Assembly (NCBI GenBank): GCA_951406725.2
Contig: OX597827.1
Span: forward strand, 13,826,001 to 13,890,000
DNA length: 64,000 nt
DNA from: Octopus vulgaris
Taxonomy: Eukaryota
Direction: 5' to 3'
Below, piece after piece: positions 43,744 to 57,453 of the stretch. The notes under the pieces were generated by a model. It was given only the letters and a program-made list of their open reading frames with translations. It was not told where the DNA came from and did no database searches. The position numbers and the translations under genes were made by a program. Every line of letters begins with the position of its first letter. Position 1 is the stretch's first letter.

Positions 43744-44790
43744 TTAAACAAAAATTAGTCATTTAATAATAAAAATTTTTCTTAAAAATATTTTTCTTCT
43801 TCATTAAGAGATTAACTTTAATTAATTTTAATTAATTAAAATTTGTATGACCATTACATTAAACATATTAGTATCCACTTGACTACTGATATCTACTAGT
43901 TAAGAGGTTAACACACGCTCTTTCTCTATAATGATTTATTTGTCTAAGAATAGTTATTTTTGGTTGAAATATATTGAAGTGTTTTGAACAAACTCCCTGT
44001 GGAATAGTACTGATGTTTGCTTTGTATGGTTACTTTGATAGATCTTGACGTCAATGCCAACACATTTTCGTCTGTTCTGAAATTCATAAATTTTCATCAC
44101 AAAATAAAATATTGAATGTTTGAATAGAAATCTGAAATGCTAACGGAGTGTCTGTGTAAAGATGATAGAGTGCCTATAATGATATACATCACTAGCGAAT
44201 TTTTAAAAATATATATACACATAAAAATTTATTTATACACACACAGACACATGTTCACACACACACACACATATTCATATACGCATACATCTATATCAAT
44301 ACATACCTTCATGCATATATATATATATATATATATTTACATATACATACCTACATACATACACACACGCGCACAGATGCATACGTATATATATCATAAT
44401 CATCATCATCATCTTTATCATCACCATCATCGCTGTCACCATCATCAACAGCAGCGCCACCTTCATCATTGCCATCATTGTCATCATCATCATTATCATC
44501 ATCACCACACTTTTACATCTGTTTTCCATGCTGGTATGGATTGAATGACTTGAGAAGATGTTATGAGTTGGAGGACTGCATTGGTCTCCACTATCTTTTT
44601 TGGCATGGTTTCTATGGTTGGGCACACTTCCTAATGCGAACCACTTTACAGAGAATACTGGGTGCTTTTCTTTGTGGCACCAGAACCAAAAATCATATGA
44701 ATATGCATAATATATGCGGCATTTATATACATACAAAACTACACGTGCACACATGCTACCAGATATAAACAACATTCATTTTATTATCTA

Positions 44791-44824
<34 letters not shown>

Positions 44825-45114
44825 GTGGAGGTGCAATGGCCCAGTGGTTAGGGCAGCAGACTCGTGGTTTCGATTCCCAGACCGGGCATTGCGAGTGTTT
44901 ATTGAGCGAAAACACCTAAAGCTCCACGAGGCTCCAGCAGGGGGTGGTGGCGATCCCTGCTGTACTCTTTCGCCACAACTTTCTCTCACTCTTTCTTCTG
45001 TTGGCCTGCTCGCTTAGCCAGTGGGGTGGCATCATTTAAAGGCTAAAACAATGTGAAACGCATTGTGACCAGCGATGTGTAGCAACATCTGGTCGGTTAC
45101 GGTGATCACGGTGA
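44825..45114 (+). mobile_element. tRNA-derived SINE with the same head as 23848-24239 but a different 3' half
   Basis: gtggaggtgcaatggcccagtggttagggc...gatccctgctgtactcttt is shared; sequences diverge after ~44998. Confidence 0.75.
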
Positions 45115-45120
45115 TATATA

Positions 45121-45458
45121 TATATATAAAAGTAATTTTAGAGACAGAACCACCTTCAATTCAATCAACACTAAAAGGTTTTATAAACACCACTCCATAA
45201 AATGTTAAATATTATATCTTATACTAACTATATCTATTCGGAATCCTGTATTTTCTGTTTATAAGACAACACGTGTTTCATGAAAGTATGTCGGGATTGA
45301 AACAAGTGTAGTCTTATAAACAGAAAATACAGGATTCAGAATATATATAGTTAGTATAAGATTTAATATTTAACATTTTATGGAGTGGTTGGGTATAAAA
45401 TCTTTCTGTGTTGATTGAGTTGAAGGTGGTTCTATCTCTAAAATTACTTTTATATATA
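45121..45458. repeat. Inverted repeat, ~160-bp arms with ~17-bp spacer
   Basis: 45121-45280 is reverse-complementary to 45298-45458 (e.g. aatcctgtattttctgtttataagac / gtcttataaacagaaaatacaggatt). Confidence 0.85.
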
Positions 45459-45658
45459 CGAATTAAACATTGAGAGATGTTCATTTTAGTACATCTAATT
45501 TGAATGCCTTTTCCCTGTGTACTTAGAAGTAATATTCCCTAATAATTATGATATATATGTATATATATATATATAATAATTATTTGAGGGAATATAAATC
45601 CAAACTTACACGAAAAATATTCAATTTAGAAATACTAAATCAAATTTCACACAATATA

Positions 45659-45696
<38 letters not shown>

Positions 45697-45973
45697 TATA
45701 TATAAAGGGTTTGAAATATAATTAATTTAATAAAATCAATAAATTTCACCTAGTAGTGTTTCGGTATGGAAAGGACCATATTCGGTAAAAATTATATTAG
45801 GGCTTTTGCACAGTCACAGTCAGGACTGGATTTGAGGCCTTGATAAAAGACAGTTACCCAAAATGCAATGTAGTGATATTAGATCTATGACTCTGATTGT
45901 GAATTAAACTTCTTAATCATTTGACCATGCTACTTTTGTGAAAATATATTCAAACACAGACATATGCACACAC

Positions 45974-46020
<47 letters not shown>

Positions 46021-46722
46021 TTTTATCTTTTACTTGTTTCAGTCATTGAATATTAACACATACATATAGAAAGTTTTACCCATCAAACTTTATGCTCCAT
46101 TTCTTACATATTTTGAAATATTTTTGCTAAACTGACTTACTTAATCAACAACTGTGTATCAAGAAAGCCATTACAGAGTTCTACAGCATGCAAGAAACAG
46201 TAGCTAAATCTTCTTCATATCATGTCCTACCATCTTAACAACAGAACGCATTGAATGATAGAATCCTAAATACACGGCTTTATAAATAAATGAATAAATA
46301 AATAAATAAAATAAATTAAAAAACAAGGGCATGGTCAAGGCTGGAAAGCCTAAAGCATGGGTCTGCTTTAAACTGGAGCTAACCAACAACTGCCACAGCT
46401 AACAAATAATGATATAAAGACAGAAAAAAAAAATGAACAAATTTTGCATCTCCTAAGTACATGAATATATTATCAGGCACTTTTAAAAAAAGCAATTAAA
46501 AGGATTTCGATAAGTAATGAAGTAAAGTTTTATTTTCCAATGATGAAACACTACTATATGTATTGGTTACTTGGATATACTTTGAAGTCACAGTCAACCA
46601 TTTCCTTGTTAAAATTAATATGGTTCCTACTTAAAAGTACTGAGTGATCCTTCAGTTTAATGCTAATCTGTTCTTATATATAAACTTCACAGAAAATGAG
46701 CATTAATATATCTACCTGTCTG

Positions 46723-46767
<45 letters not shown>

Positions 46768-46793
46768 ATCCATCCATCCATCCATCTGTCTAC

Positions 46794-46839
<46 letters not shown>

Positions 46840-46855
46840 ACCTATCCATCCATCC

Positions 46856-46966
<111 letters not shown>

Positions 46967-47091
46967 TATAGATATAAATATATCTATATAATTAATCCAA
47001 ACATGAAAACATAAAGAGAAAACACAACAACGCGAGGACGTGGAACAAGTATAGTATTATTGGACGCTCAGGAAAGAAGGAAAGAAGGAGG

Positions 47092-47126
47092 GTTTAACAT
47101 TTCGAGCGAAGCTCTTCATCAGAAAC
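47092..47126 (-). ncRNA. Minimal type-I hammerhead, tandem copy 1
   Basis: GTTT-CTGATGA-A-GAGC ttc GCTC-GAAAT-GTT-AAAC. Confidence 0.7.
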
Positions 47127-47202
47127 ATAGGAAAAGGAAAGATCCAAAGAAGGGAAGACACGGAGGAAAAAAAATCGCCAACGGTACACATGCGGTCACA
47201 TT

Positions 47203-47261
<59 letters not shown>

Positions 47262-47359
47262 GTTAATACAAACAAGAAAGCACAAAAAAACACAACAACG
47301 TGAGGACGTGGAACAAATATAGTATTATTGGACGCTCAGGAAAGAAGGAAAGAAGGAGG

Positions 47360-47394
47360 GTTTAACGTTTCGAGCGGAGCTCTTCATCGGAAAC
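47360..47394 (-). ncRNA. Minimal type-I hammerhead, tandem copy 2
   Basis: GTTT-CCGATGA-A-GAGC tcc GCTC-GAAAC-GTT-AAAC. Confidence 0.7.
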
Positions 47395-47965
47395 ATAGGA
47401 GAAGAAAAGATCCAGAGAAGGGAAGACAGAGGAAAAAAATCGCCAACATATATATATATATCCATCCACCTATCTATCTATCTATTTTACTGGCTATGCG
47501 TACATAGAGATAAATCTACACACTGACATATATGTGTGTATGTATGTGTGTGTGCATGCGTTTGTATAGGATGATATGGAAGTAAAAGAAAAACTTCAAG
47601 GAAGCCTAGCAGATCTATATTTGTAAAATTTATGTCTTTGGGAGAAGAAAGAAACTTCTGATGGTCAAATAAAACCTTAGATTGAAAAGATTAAAACAAT
47701 TGTCTTTTGGCCAACTTAGTTTTGTTTTTATATGTACGTATATATATATATTATACATACACAGAATAATAATAAATATTGCGGGCAATAAATAAATAGT
47801 ATATATATATATACACACACACATATATATATATATATACATATAAAGTTAATCCAAACAAGAAAACAAAAACAAAAAAAAAACCAAAAAAAAAACCACA
47901 ACAACGCAAGGACGTGGAACAAATAAAGTATTATTGGACGCTCAGGAAAGAAGGGAAGAAGGAGG

Positions 47966-48000
47966 GTTTGACGTTTCGAGCGGAGCTCTTTGTCGGAAAC
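47966..48000 (-). ncRNA. Minimal type-I hammerhead, copy 3 (G8 mutated)
   Basis: GTTT-CCGACAA-A-GAGC tcc GCTC-GAAAC-GTC-AAAC. Confidence 0.55.
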
Positions 48001-48049
48001 ATAGGAGAAGGAAAGATCCCGAGAAGGGAAGGCAGAGGAAAAAAATCAC

Positions 48050-48123
<74 letters not shown>

Positions 48124-48310
48124 GACACAAATATGAGTACAGGACGTCACCAACTGTGCAAACAACATGAAATACGTAAACAAACAAGTTAAATATGTAA
48201 ACAACGAGAGAAAAATGGAAAACAGGACAAGTAAACACTGAGAAAGAACCCTTCATCAGCCGTCAGCTGTCTATCTAATATATATACATGCACGCATACA
48301 TATATGTATA

Positions 48311-48365
<55 letters not shown>

Positions 48366-49374
48366 GCATGTATGTGTGTTCAGAGGCAGAGATAGTGGGG
48401 AAGGGAGTACTAGATGGCTATGTAAACACACAAAAACATAAGACACATTATATAATAAATATAAAAGCAATGGAAATTTGATTTTTCCAATTCTTTATTC
48501 TGGTTGAACAACTTTTAGTGATAATTTTTTATTTTAACTTTCCAACTCTGATTAGCATGTACATCAATAACACTATAAAACAAAGAATAATAAATGCTTT
48601 GAGGTTGTTGTTTTGTTTTGTTTTGGGGTTTTTTTTTTGCTTTTTTTTTTTGTCTTTTTGTCTTTAAGATACAAAAGATCTCAGAGTGATTATTGATAAG
48701 GACATGTTGTTTTAAGTACACTGCAGATGTTATTTGAAAACAAACTACCAGGTTACTTCAAATAAGAGAAAGTGAAACATTTACACTGTTTGACAAAAAA
48801 ATTCTATTTTGATATTATCTAAGCTGGCAAGCTGGCAGAGTTGTTAGCAAGCCAGGTAAAATGCTTAGCAGCATTTTGCTTGTCTTTACATTCTGAGTTC
48901 AAATTCCACCGAGGTTGACTTTATCTTTCATCCTTTCAGGACCAATAAAGTAAGTACCAGTTGAGCACTAGTGTTAATGAAATCGATCTTCATCCCTCCC
49001 CTGGACTTTCTGACCTTGTGCCAAAATTTCAAACCAAAAATGTCTAAGGTGGCAAGTTGGCAGAATCGTTAGCATGCCAGACAAATTGTTTAGCAGCATT
49101 TTATCTGTCTTTATGCTCTGAGTTCAAATTCTGCCATGATTTACTTTGCCTTTCATCCTTTCAGGGTTACTCTTTTACTTGTTTCAGTCATTTGACTATG
49201 GCCATACTGGAGCACTGATTTTTAGTCGAGCAAATCGACCCCAGGACTTACTCTTTGTAAGCCTAGTACTTATTCTATCAGTTGCTTTTTGTGGAACTGC
49301 TAAGTTACGGGGACGTATACACACCAGCATTGGTTGTCAAGCGATGTTGGGGGTACAAACACAGACATACACAA

Positions 49375-49461
<87 letters not shown>

Positions 49462-50293
49462 TACGATGGGCTTCTTTTGGTTTCCATCTACCAAATACAC
49501 TCACAAGGCTTTGTGCTGGCTGGTGCCCATTCTCCTTTGCTATCAGTTTCTAGACATGAGTGGTTCTGAGACCAAGGCCTCTACTATGGTTTTTAAGAAA
49601 TGTGGTGGCAAACTAGCTCAGGGACGCTACTTCCTGAGGCCCCAGTTAAATGTTAGTGTTAAATTGATTGAAGAATTCAGTCAATTTGACTGAAAAACTG
49701 CCTTATAGAAGTAAAACGTAAGATTGATTTCAGATGCAAATAACTTACAAAATTCTATTAAAGTACATATTTAAAGTTAGCATAAAAATAAAATCAAGGT
49801 CAGTTTAGTCAATTAAGAAACCTTAACAAAATGGTAAACAATTGAATAGGAATTCATAAAAATATCTACTCTACATTCTCTTACAAAATTCCTGTTACAC
49901 AGATACAGCCAAATCATACTAGCATAGGAAAACGAATGTAAAGATAAAATGAAACCACCCAAAGTGAAAGTGTAATATGACATTATAATACATTTTATTT
50001 ATCATTTGCTTATCAATGTCCATGTAATTGAAAAGAAGTAATCAGTAAATCCATATATTTACGTTATCTCATGTAAATAAAATATAAGCAGGTTTGATTA
50101 CTTAGATATATCTAATACTATAGACATATACATAGATACATAGATACTTACATACATATATATATATATATATAAAGTTAATCCAAACAAGAAAACAAAA
50201 AAACAAAAAGACAAAAAAAACAACAACGCAAGGATGTGGAACAAATAAAGTATTATTGGATGCTCAGGAAAGAAGGGAAGAAGGAGATATATA

Positions 50294-50460
50294 CAGGAGT
50301 GGCTGTGTGGTAAGTAGCTTGCTAACCAGCCACATGGTTCCGGGTTCAGTCCCACTGCGTGGCATCTTGGGCAAGCGTCTTCTGCTATAGCCCCGGGCCG
50401 ACCAATGCCTTGTAAGTGGATTTGGTAGACGGAAACTGAAAGAAGCCTGTTGTATATATG

Positions 50461-50492
<32 letters not shown>

Positions 50493-50872
50493 CGTGTGTG
50501 TTTGTGTGTTTGTGTTTACATCCCCCTAGCAGTCCCACTGCGTAGCATCTTGGGCAAGTGTCTTCTGCTATAGCCCCAGGCCAACTAATGCCTTTGAGTG
50601 GACAGACAGAAACTGAAAGAACCCTATCGTATATGTATATATATATATGTGTGTTTGTGTGTGTGTGTTTGTCCCCCTAGCAATATCGCTTGACAACCGA
50701 TGCTGGTGTGTTTACATCCCTGTCACTTAGCGGTTCGGCAAAAGAGACCGATAGAATAAATACTGGGTTTACAAAAGAATAAGTCCTGGGATCGATTTGC
50801 TCGACTAAAGGCGGTGCTCCAGCATGGCCGCAGTCAAATGACTGAAACAAGTAAAAGAGTAAAGGAGTAAAA
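50294..50872 (+). mobile_element. SINE family A with internal ~180-bp tandem duplication
   Basis: agtcccactgcgt..ccccctagca block occurs twice (~50348 and ~50531). Confidence 0.8.
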
Positions 50873-50990
50873 ATACATACACAGGAATAGAGAAAATCTC
50901 ATCTTTAATTGGTGATTCCAGCATACACTACCAATAATCATCATTTCTAAATATCTGCCTGGATTTCTTTATAGTTATATATATATATAT

Positions 50991-51385
50991 CATCATCATC
51001 CTCATCATCGTTTAAAGTCCGCTTTCCATGCTAGCATGGGTTGGACGGTTCAACTGGGGTCTGGCAAGCCCGAAGGCTGCACCAGGCCAGTCAGATCTGT
51101 CAGTGTTTCTACAGCTGGATGCCCTTCCTAACGCCAACCACTCCGAGAGTGTAGTGGGTGATTTTATGTGCCACCAACACAGGTGCCAGACGAGGCTGGC
51201 AGATGGCCATGCTCGGATGGTGTTTTTTATGTGCCACCGACACAAGTGCCAGACGAGGCTGGCAGACGGCCACGCTCGGATGGTGTTTTCTTATGTGTCA
51301 CCGACACAGGTGCCAGACGAGGCTGGCGAACGGCCACGATCGGATGGTGTTTGTTACGTGCCCTCAGCACGGAGGCCAGTCGATG
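50991..51385 (-). mobile_element. SINE/LINE-tail family C with (GAT)n tail and ~60-bp internal tandem repeats (other copies ~13303-14000, 20572-20836, 21446-21586, 34920-35180, 52338-52653; + copy ~30330-30500)
   Basis: Minus strand GGCGTTAGGAAGGGCATCCAGCTGTAGAAAC ... GCATGGAAAGCGGAC(G/T)TTAAACGATGATG. Confidence 0.75.
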
Positions 51386-51618
51386 CAAATAGATGAGTGT
51401 ATTTTTACCTTGTTAACAATTAACACGGAAAAAATAAATAAATAGTTACCAGGGTAGCAAAAGTCTCACAAGTAAAGATGTTGTAATTCCTTGTTTATAA
51501 AGGTAGAAACTTCGTGTTTATACCATTTATTCTTTTGAATAGTATCAGTGGAATTTTTGAAACATGTGTCAAAAGTAAAAAATATTTGATTACACCTGCG
51601 TTAAACTCCATTTATTTA

Positions 51619-51658
<40 letters not shown>

Positions 51659-51881
51659 CATACATATATATATATGTATATATACATATATATATAAATA
51701 TCTATATATATATACATACACACACTGACAAACACACACACACATACATATTTATATATATATATATATATGATAGACTTTTTCTATAGTGAAGTTTTAT
51801 TACAGTGTCGTATATTATCAACTGTCAATTCTAGTAAATATTGGTGCATTGTTGTACCACCATTCTATATATTTATGTGTG

Positions 51882-51914
<33 letters not shown>

Positions 51915-54566
51915 TTATATGCATATATATTTATATATATACATATATCATATACTTACATTTATATATATTCATACACACACACACACACACACACACA
52001 CATTCGTTAATTTCTTTTGCATGTTTTTTCCATCACTGAATGGAGGCATTGTTATACAGTCAGATGTTCTTCCTGGTTTTCAAGTAAGACTCTCTAATTC
52101 TACAAGTCTTTGAAGGTGCAAAGCCTGAGAATATGTTGACAAGGAAAATGGCAACACCACTGTTCCTAGCCTACTGATTTCCAGAGAGGGACAGATATAA
52201 GCAAATACGCATACACACTCATGCATGAACATGATTGTTAGGCTTTTTCATTTTTTACACTAAGTTTATTCGGAAAAAATTTTCTCCAAGTCAAAATCCT
52301 GCTTTTCATATTCTACTTTACAAGAACAAGTTAAGAATCATCATCATCATCGTTTAACGTCCGTTTTCCGTGCTAGCACGGGTTGGACGGTTCGACCGGG
52401 GTCTGGGAAGCCAGGGGCTGCACCAGGCTCCAGTCTGATCTGGCAGTGTTTCTACAGCTGGATGCCCTTCCTAACGCCAACCACTCCGCGAGTGTAGTGG
52501 GTGCTTTTTACATGCCACCGGCACGGAAGCCAGTCAAGGCAGCGCTGGCATTGGCCACATTCGGATGGTGCTTTTAATGTGCCACCGGCACAGAAACCAG
52601 TCGAGGCGGTGCTGGCATCGTCCATGTTCGGATGGTGTTTTTTATGCGCCACCGAACTTTGTATTAACACTTGCTGCTATGCATGCTTGTTCTTAGTTTA
52701 TTCCTACTTGAAAAACCTCATCACTCACTAACAAATGTATTGTTTACTGTTTCCTTTATATGGGAACAAATGTTCTGGTCTATCACCAAATGACTACCGT
52801 GGTATCTGTAACTGAAGAGGTGAAATCATGCCAAAACATTGTAAAGTATAGTTTGCTAACATCAGTTAGAGCCTAGCTTAATGTGTTTTTAAGCATAGAG
52901 ATTAAGTTTTATCAGAGGCAAAAGGCTACAACTAATGCCTCTCATATTCAGGTGTGCATGAGCATATTAAATAAATATACACATCGTTATATCTTATTAC
53001 TTTTTAGACAAAGGAAAGTGTGTGATACTCATGACTTTTGATCACCTTTGATGAAGTGCGAAGTTGATGTGGTTGATGCCCAACAATTAAAGTGACACAG
53101 CTACAGCTGAGGATTAGAATTACTAGAGTAATTATAAGTTTACCTTCACGCCTTTACTAAACATGTATGGGAAAATTTTCAGTGTTATATCATACAAAAT
53201 GCTTTTTCTGTTTTTTTTTTTTTTTTTTTTTTTTGTTATAAATGATTCACTCACTTCTAATCCCTTACCTATCTCTGCTGTCACATACAAACTAATTGCA
53301 TTCTTCTGAGTTGGAAAGTAGAAAATGCCCCCAGCAACAGAAGAGTCTATTACTTGTTGATCGTATACTTTGACATTTTTTTTTCTTTTTTTCTTTTAAA
53401 TACAACTAGTCTTTCCACCATGCCAACGAGTCACCAAGCCACTCTCTTTCACACACACTTCAGATTTACTGCAGCCATTACAAGTGAATTAGGTATTTTA
53501 GATTCTAGCATCTTATCTTCAGTTTCAAAATTACTGAACATTTCCTTCTCCGTACTTTTCATCCCACCTTACTTGGCTTGCTTCCAACTTTTCCCAATCT
53601 TATTTCAATCTAGTGTATTTCGGTAAAAGAATCAATACAATTTTTTCATACCTTAAAAAGCGAAAATAGATTTTTTTTGCTGTCAATCCTGAAAGCTTTA
53701 AGAGAAAGGGAGAACATGTTTAGTGTTTCCCAATAGCTTCTCTTGTGCATACACTCCCCACTAACAGTTTTCACAGAACTCTGATATAAGAAACAATTTG
53801 GAAAAACCTTCTCTGAAATAGTCTTAAATATTTAACAGGTTTTTATAGAAAACCAAGAAAATGTTAAATTAGATTTACATTAAATATTTATAATTTTTTC
53901 TGCTCTTAACAGCTTCTATGTTGATAATTATTTACAACTAAATTATTTATATGTATATAAGTGTATTCAGATGTATGCTTTTATATATATATGTGCATGT
54001 GTGTGTGCGTGTGCATGTGTGTGTGTGTATGTGTGTGTGTGTTAAAGCATGTACATTGTTGTAACTCCAAATGTTTTGATGAAATTCAGATTGTTCAGGC
54101 CAAATTCAATAATGCCGTAATTCCTATAATTCAAGCAAGCTTCAATTTTCCATTTGCACAAAAGAGTTGAAACTATAGATTTTTGTATTTTTGAATCACT
54201 TTTACACTTTTCTATCCATAAATATGCTTGGCATTCAATGCTAAGAACTAATAGCAGTTTACTCAGTGCAGAAAATTATCTTCAGAGTGACTCTTAAAAT
54301 TCTTTTGATTCCTAAATAATCATTGTCAAAGCATAAAGAGTGCCAGGATGATAACCTAACTGGTAGTTCAGCAAATAACCTACCTTTGCTTCTTGCATAT
54401 TTCTTTGAGTTGTGCCAATACACTACTCTTACTTAATTTTCAAGCAATTTGTGTAGCAGTGTCATCTTTAGCATAATTGCTATATTCTGGAATTGTCTTC
54501 TCTTTGAATATTCTCTGCTAAGACATCTTCACTTGTACACACCAATTGCTTTCAGTCAAGTTGAGA

Positions 54567-54990
54567 AAACTCCGACGTCTGGCAGCTTGACTTGGCAGAC
54601 ACCCATAAAATTATTAACCATCTTACAAACAATAACTCTGAGCACCTTTTCAAACTCCACCTGTCTAACACCCGTGGACATGTTTACAAAGTCAGAAAAC
54701 AGCACAGCTCCCATGACTTTCGGAAACATTTTTTCATGCTAAGAGTTGCTGAAGCATGGAACAAACTGCCAGCATCAGTTGTTAGTTGTTGGAGCACTGA
54801 ATCCTTCAAAACTTTCATGCTTCCTGAGATTCGCCAGCACTACACCTGGTTTTCTCCCCGCCTTACACACACAAGCATGTATCTGACTCATACAGTGTTC
54901 GCTTTCCAGACATTTGTACATTACTGCATATACTTTATACGCACTTTTGACAAGTTGTGGTGCACCTGAGCACTGTATACAATAATTTCT
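54567..54990 (+). mobile_element. CR1/L2-clade LINE 3' end fragment (shorter copy at ~58184-58380 ending in (TTA)n)
   Basis: Translation TRGHVYKVRKQ..RKHFFMLRVAEAWNKLPASVV matches the typical CR1-group ORF2 C-terminal motif; 3'UTR gtgcacctgagcactgta is shared between copies. Confidence 0.8.
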
Positions 54991-56017
54991 TTATATATAT
55001 ATAGATTCTTAACTAAATAATTTCCATTTTTATTTAAAAACAGATACTCTTGATAGCATCTTTGTCTATCTGCTTCTTGCTGTGTTTTTCTCCCTGGTGG
55101 CCCAACTTTATCCATAATACATACATATAGTAAGACAAATATCATCTGAATATGCACTACAGTGGATAATAATTATAGTTGTTAACAGTGTATTATTGGT
55201 TAAAACAAAATTCCTATCTTATCTATTGTGGTATAGATATAGCGCTTTAGCATTCAAAATACTCTATCAAATGTATTTGTCATTTATTCATATTGTTTTG
55301 AATTAATCATGCATTATCTTGTAGACTGGTACTTAATTTATCGACCCCGAAAGGATGAAAGGCAAAGTCGACCTCGACGGAATTTGAACTCACAACATAA
55401 CGGCAGACAAAATACCGCTAAGCATTTCGCCCGGTGTGCTAATGTTTCTGCCAGCTCGCCGCCTTCATATCTTTTACCTTTACTGGTTTCAATCATTGGA
55501 CTGAAGGGATTTAGTTGAACAAATCAGCCCCAATACCTATTTTGAAATTTGGTACGTTTTCTATCATTCCATTTGCTCAACTGCTCAGTTACAGGAGCAT
55601 AAACAAACCAATAATGGTTGTCAAGCAGTAATGGGGAACAAGCACAATGATATGCACAAATACATGCACATACATGCACACACGTGCGCATGTGCACACA
55701 CAGACACATGTACATGTCACGGGATTTCAAATAGTTTCTGTTTATTAAATTCACTCACAAGGCACTGGTCAGCCTGAGACTATAGTTGAAGATACCGGCC
55801 CAAGGTGCCATGCAGTGGGACTGAACCTGAAACCATATACTTGCAAATTGAGCTTTGTAACCACACAGCTATGCCTGTGCATATATTATCATACCTGCAC
55901 TAATTACTTTCTACTCACACATACACACAAACACACACACACACATGTAGCCATACATACATACACATTCATACATGCATACATAGAATTTCATGCAATC
56001 TTCCTATTTATAACATA

Positions 56018-56232
56018 CTCTTTACTCTTTACTCTTTTACTTGTTTCAGTCATTTGACTGCGGCCATGCTGGAGCACCGCCTTTAATCGAGCAACTCGAC
56101 CCTGGGACTTATTCTTTGTAAGCCCAGTACTTATTCTATCGGTCTCTTTTGTCGAACCGCTAAGTGATGGGGACATAAACACACCAGCATTGGTTGTCAA
56201 GCAATGCTAGGGGGACAAACACAAACACACAA

Positions 56233-56268
<36 letters not shown>

Positions 56269-56439
56269 GTACATATATACGACGGGCTTCTTTCAGTTTC
56301 CATCTACCAAATCCACTCACAAGGCTTTGGTCGGCCCGAGGCTATAGTAGAAGACACTTGCCCAAGGTGCCACGCAGTGGAACTGAACCCGGAACCATGT
56401 GGTTGGTAAGCAAGCTACTTACCACACAGCCACTCCTGC
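56018..56439 (-). mobile_element. SINE family A (older copy at ~55480-55880)
   Basis: Full copy with (AAAAGAGT)3 tail. Confidence 0.85.
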
Positions 56440-57385
56440 ATGATGAATATATTAAAAAAGATGTGGGGAGTTCGGTGCTTCAGAATATCACATATTTCTT
56501 GGTAGATTTACATCATGATTTCAATTGGAATCTGTGATAGCATGTAACCCTTTAACATCATATTTGCAATTGCTTATGGTAGTTAAAAATGCAGTTTTGC
56601 AGACAATATTCAAAGTTGGCTCCTTAATGTTTCTAATCTCCCACTTGGGCACCTTGTCATTGCCTTGTTCTTCAATTAACTGTATTCAAATACAATATAA
56701 CATGGAAGCAGTTTATAAACAAATTACATCTTCTTCAATATATATACTCTAATGGTTATATCTCAGAGGAATAAGAATGAGAACTGATTATTTCTATCAG
56801 TGGAAACATTAAGAAATAAAGATAGTTTTACTGTTTCGTTTTGTCTCCTGATGAATCATAAATATTTTCAAGTAATTATAGACCTCAAGCAATAAAAATA
56901 AATTACCAAACACCACATAACTTTAATGAACATCTCATTTTGAAATGTCTATAACAAAAGGAATAAACATATATCATTAAACCACACTTTTCCCAGTAAA
57001 TGTTATTGAGAATTAGTGATAATTCTTCTCCCCACTAGCAATTCTGAATTATTCACCATAGTAATACTAGGGAGAAATATTGTAAACTATTAAATTATAC
57101 ATCATTAATATTTTAAATTCCTTACTCTTTCCAGAGAATGTAAATATATTTTTCTACACTTTCAAAAAAAAAAAAAAAAAGAAAGAAAATTCTGTTGTTT
57201 ATCAGTTCAATATTTGCAAAAAAAAAAAAAAAAAAAAAATTTTAATCAATAATAATTTTATTATATGACAAAACAAAATTTGCTAGCTTTTTCCTTTTTC
57301 ATTTTGCTTCCAAAATATTTCCAACCTTTCTAAACATTAAAAAGGAAGAAAGAACAAAACAATATTGTTATTATTATTATTATTA

Positions 57386-57453
<68 letters not shown>

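Larger units (their letters stand above)
46990..48050 (-). mobile_element. Three ~200-bp hammerhead-bearing repeat units separated by (TA)n (Penelope pLTR or retrozyme-like); a truncated fourth copy is at ~50176-50286
   Basis: Shared acaacaacg..ggacgtggaacaa..agtattattggacgctcaggaaagaagg blocks at ~46990, ~47260, ~47847 and ~50176. Confidence 0.7.

Noticed and set aside
51165-51365. ~60-bp periodic repeats resembling a CRISPR-like array
   Set aside because: Whole units repeat with no unique spacers; internal tandem repeat of a retroposon in a eukaryotic genome
52808-52848. CTGAAGA..AAAAC..GTA as a hammerhead
   Set aside because: Stem I does not pair and the GAAA is mutated; too weak to support
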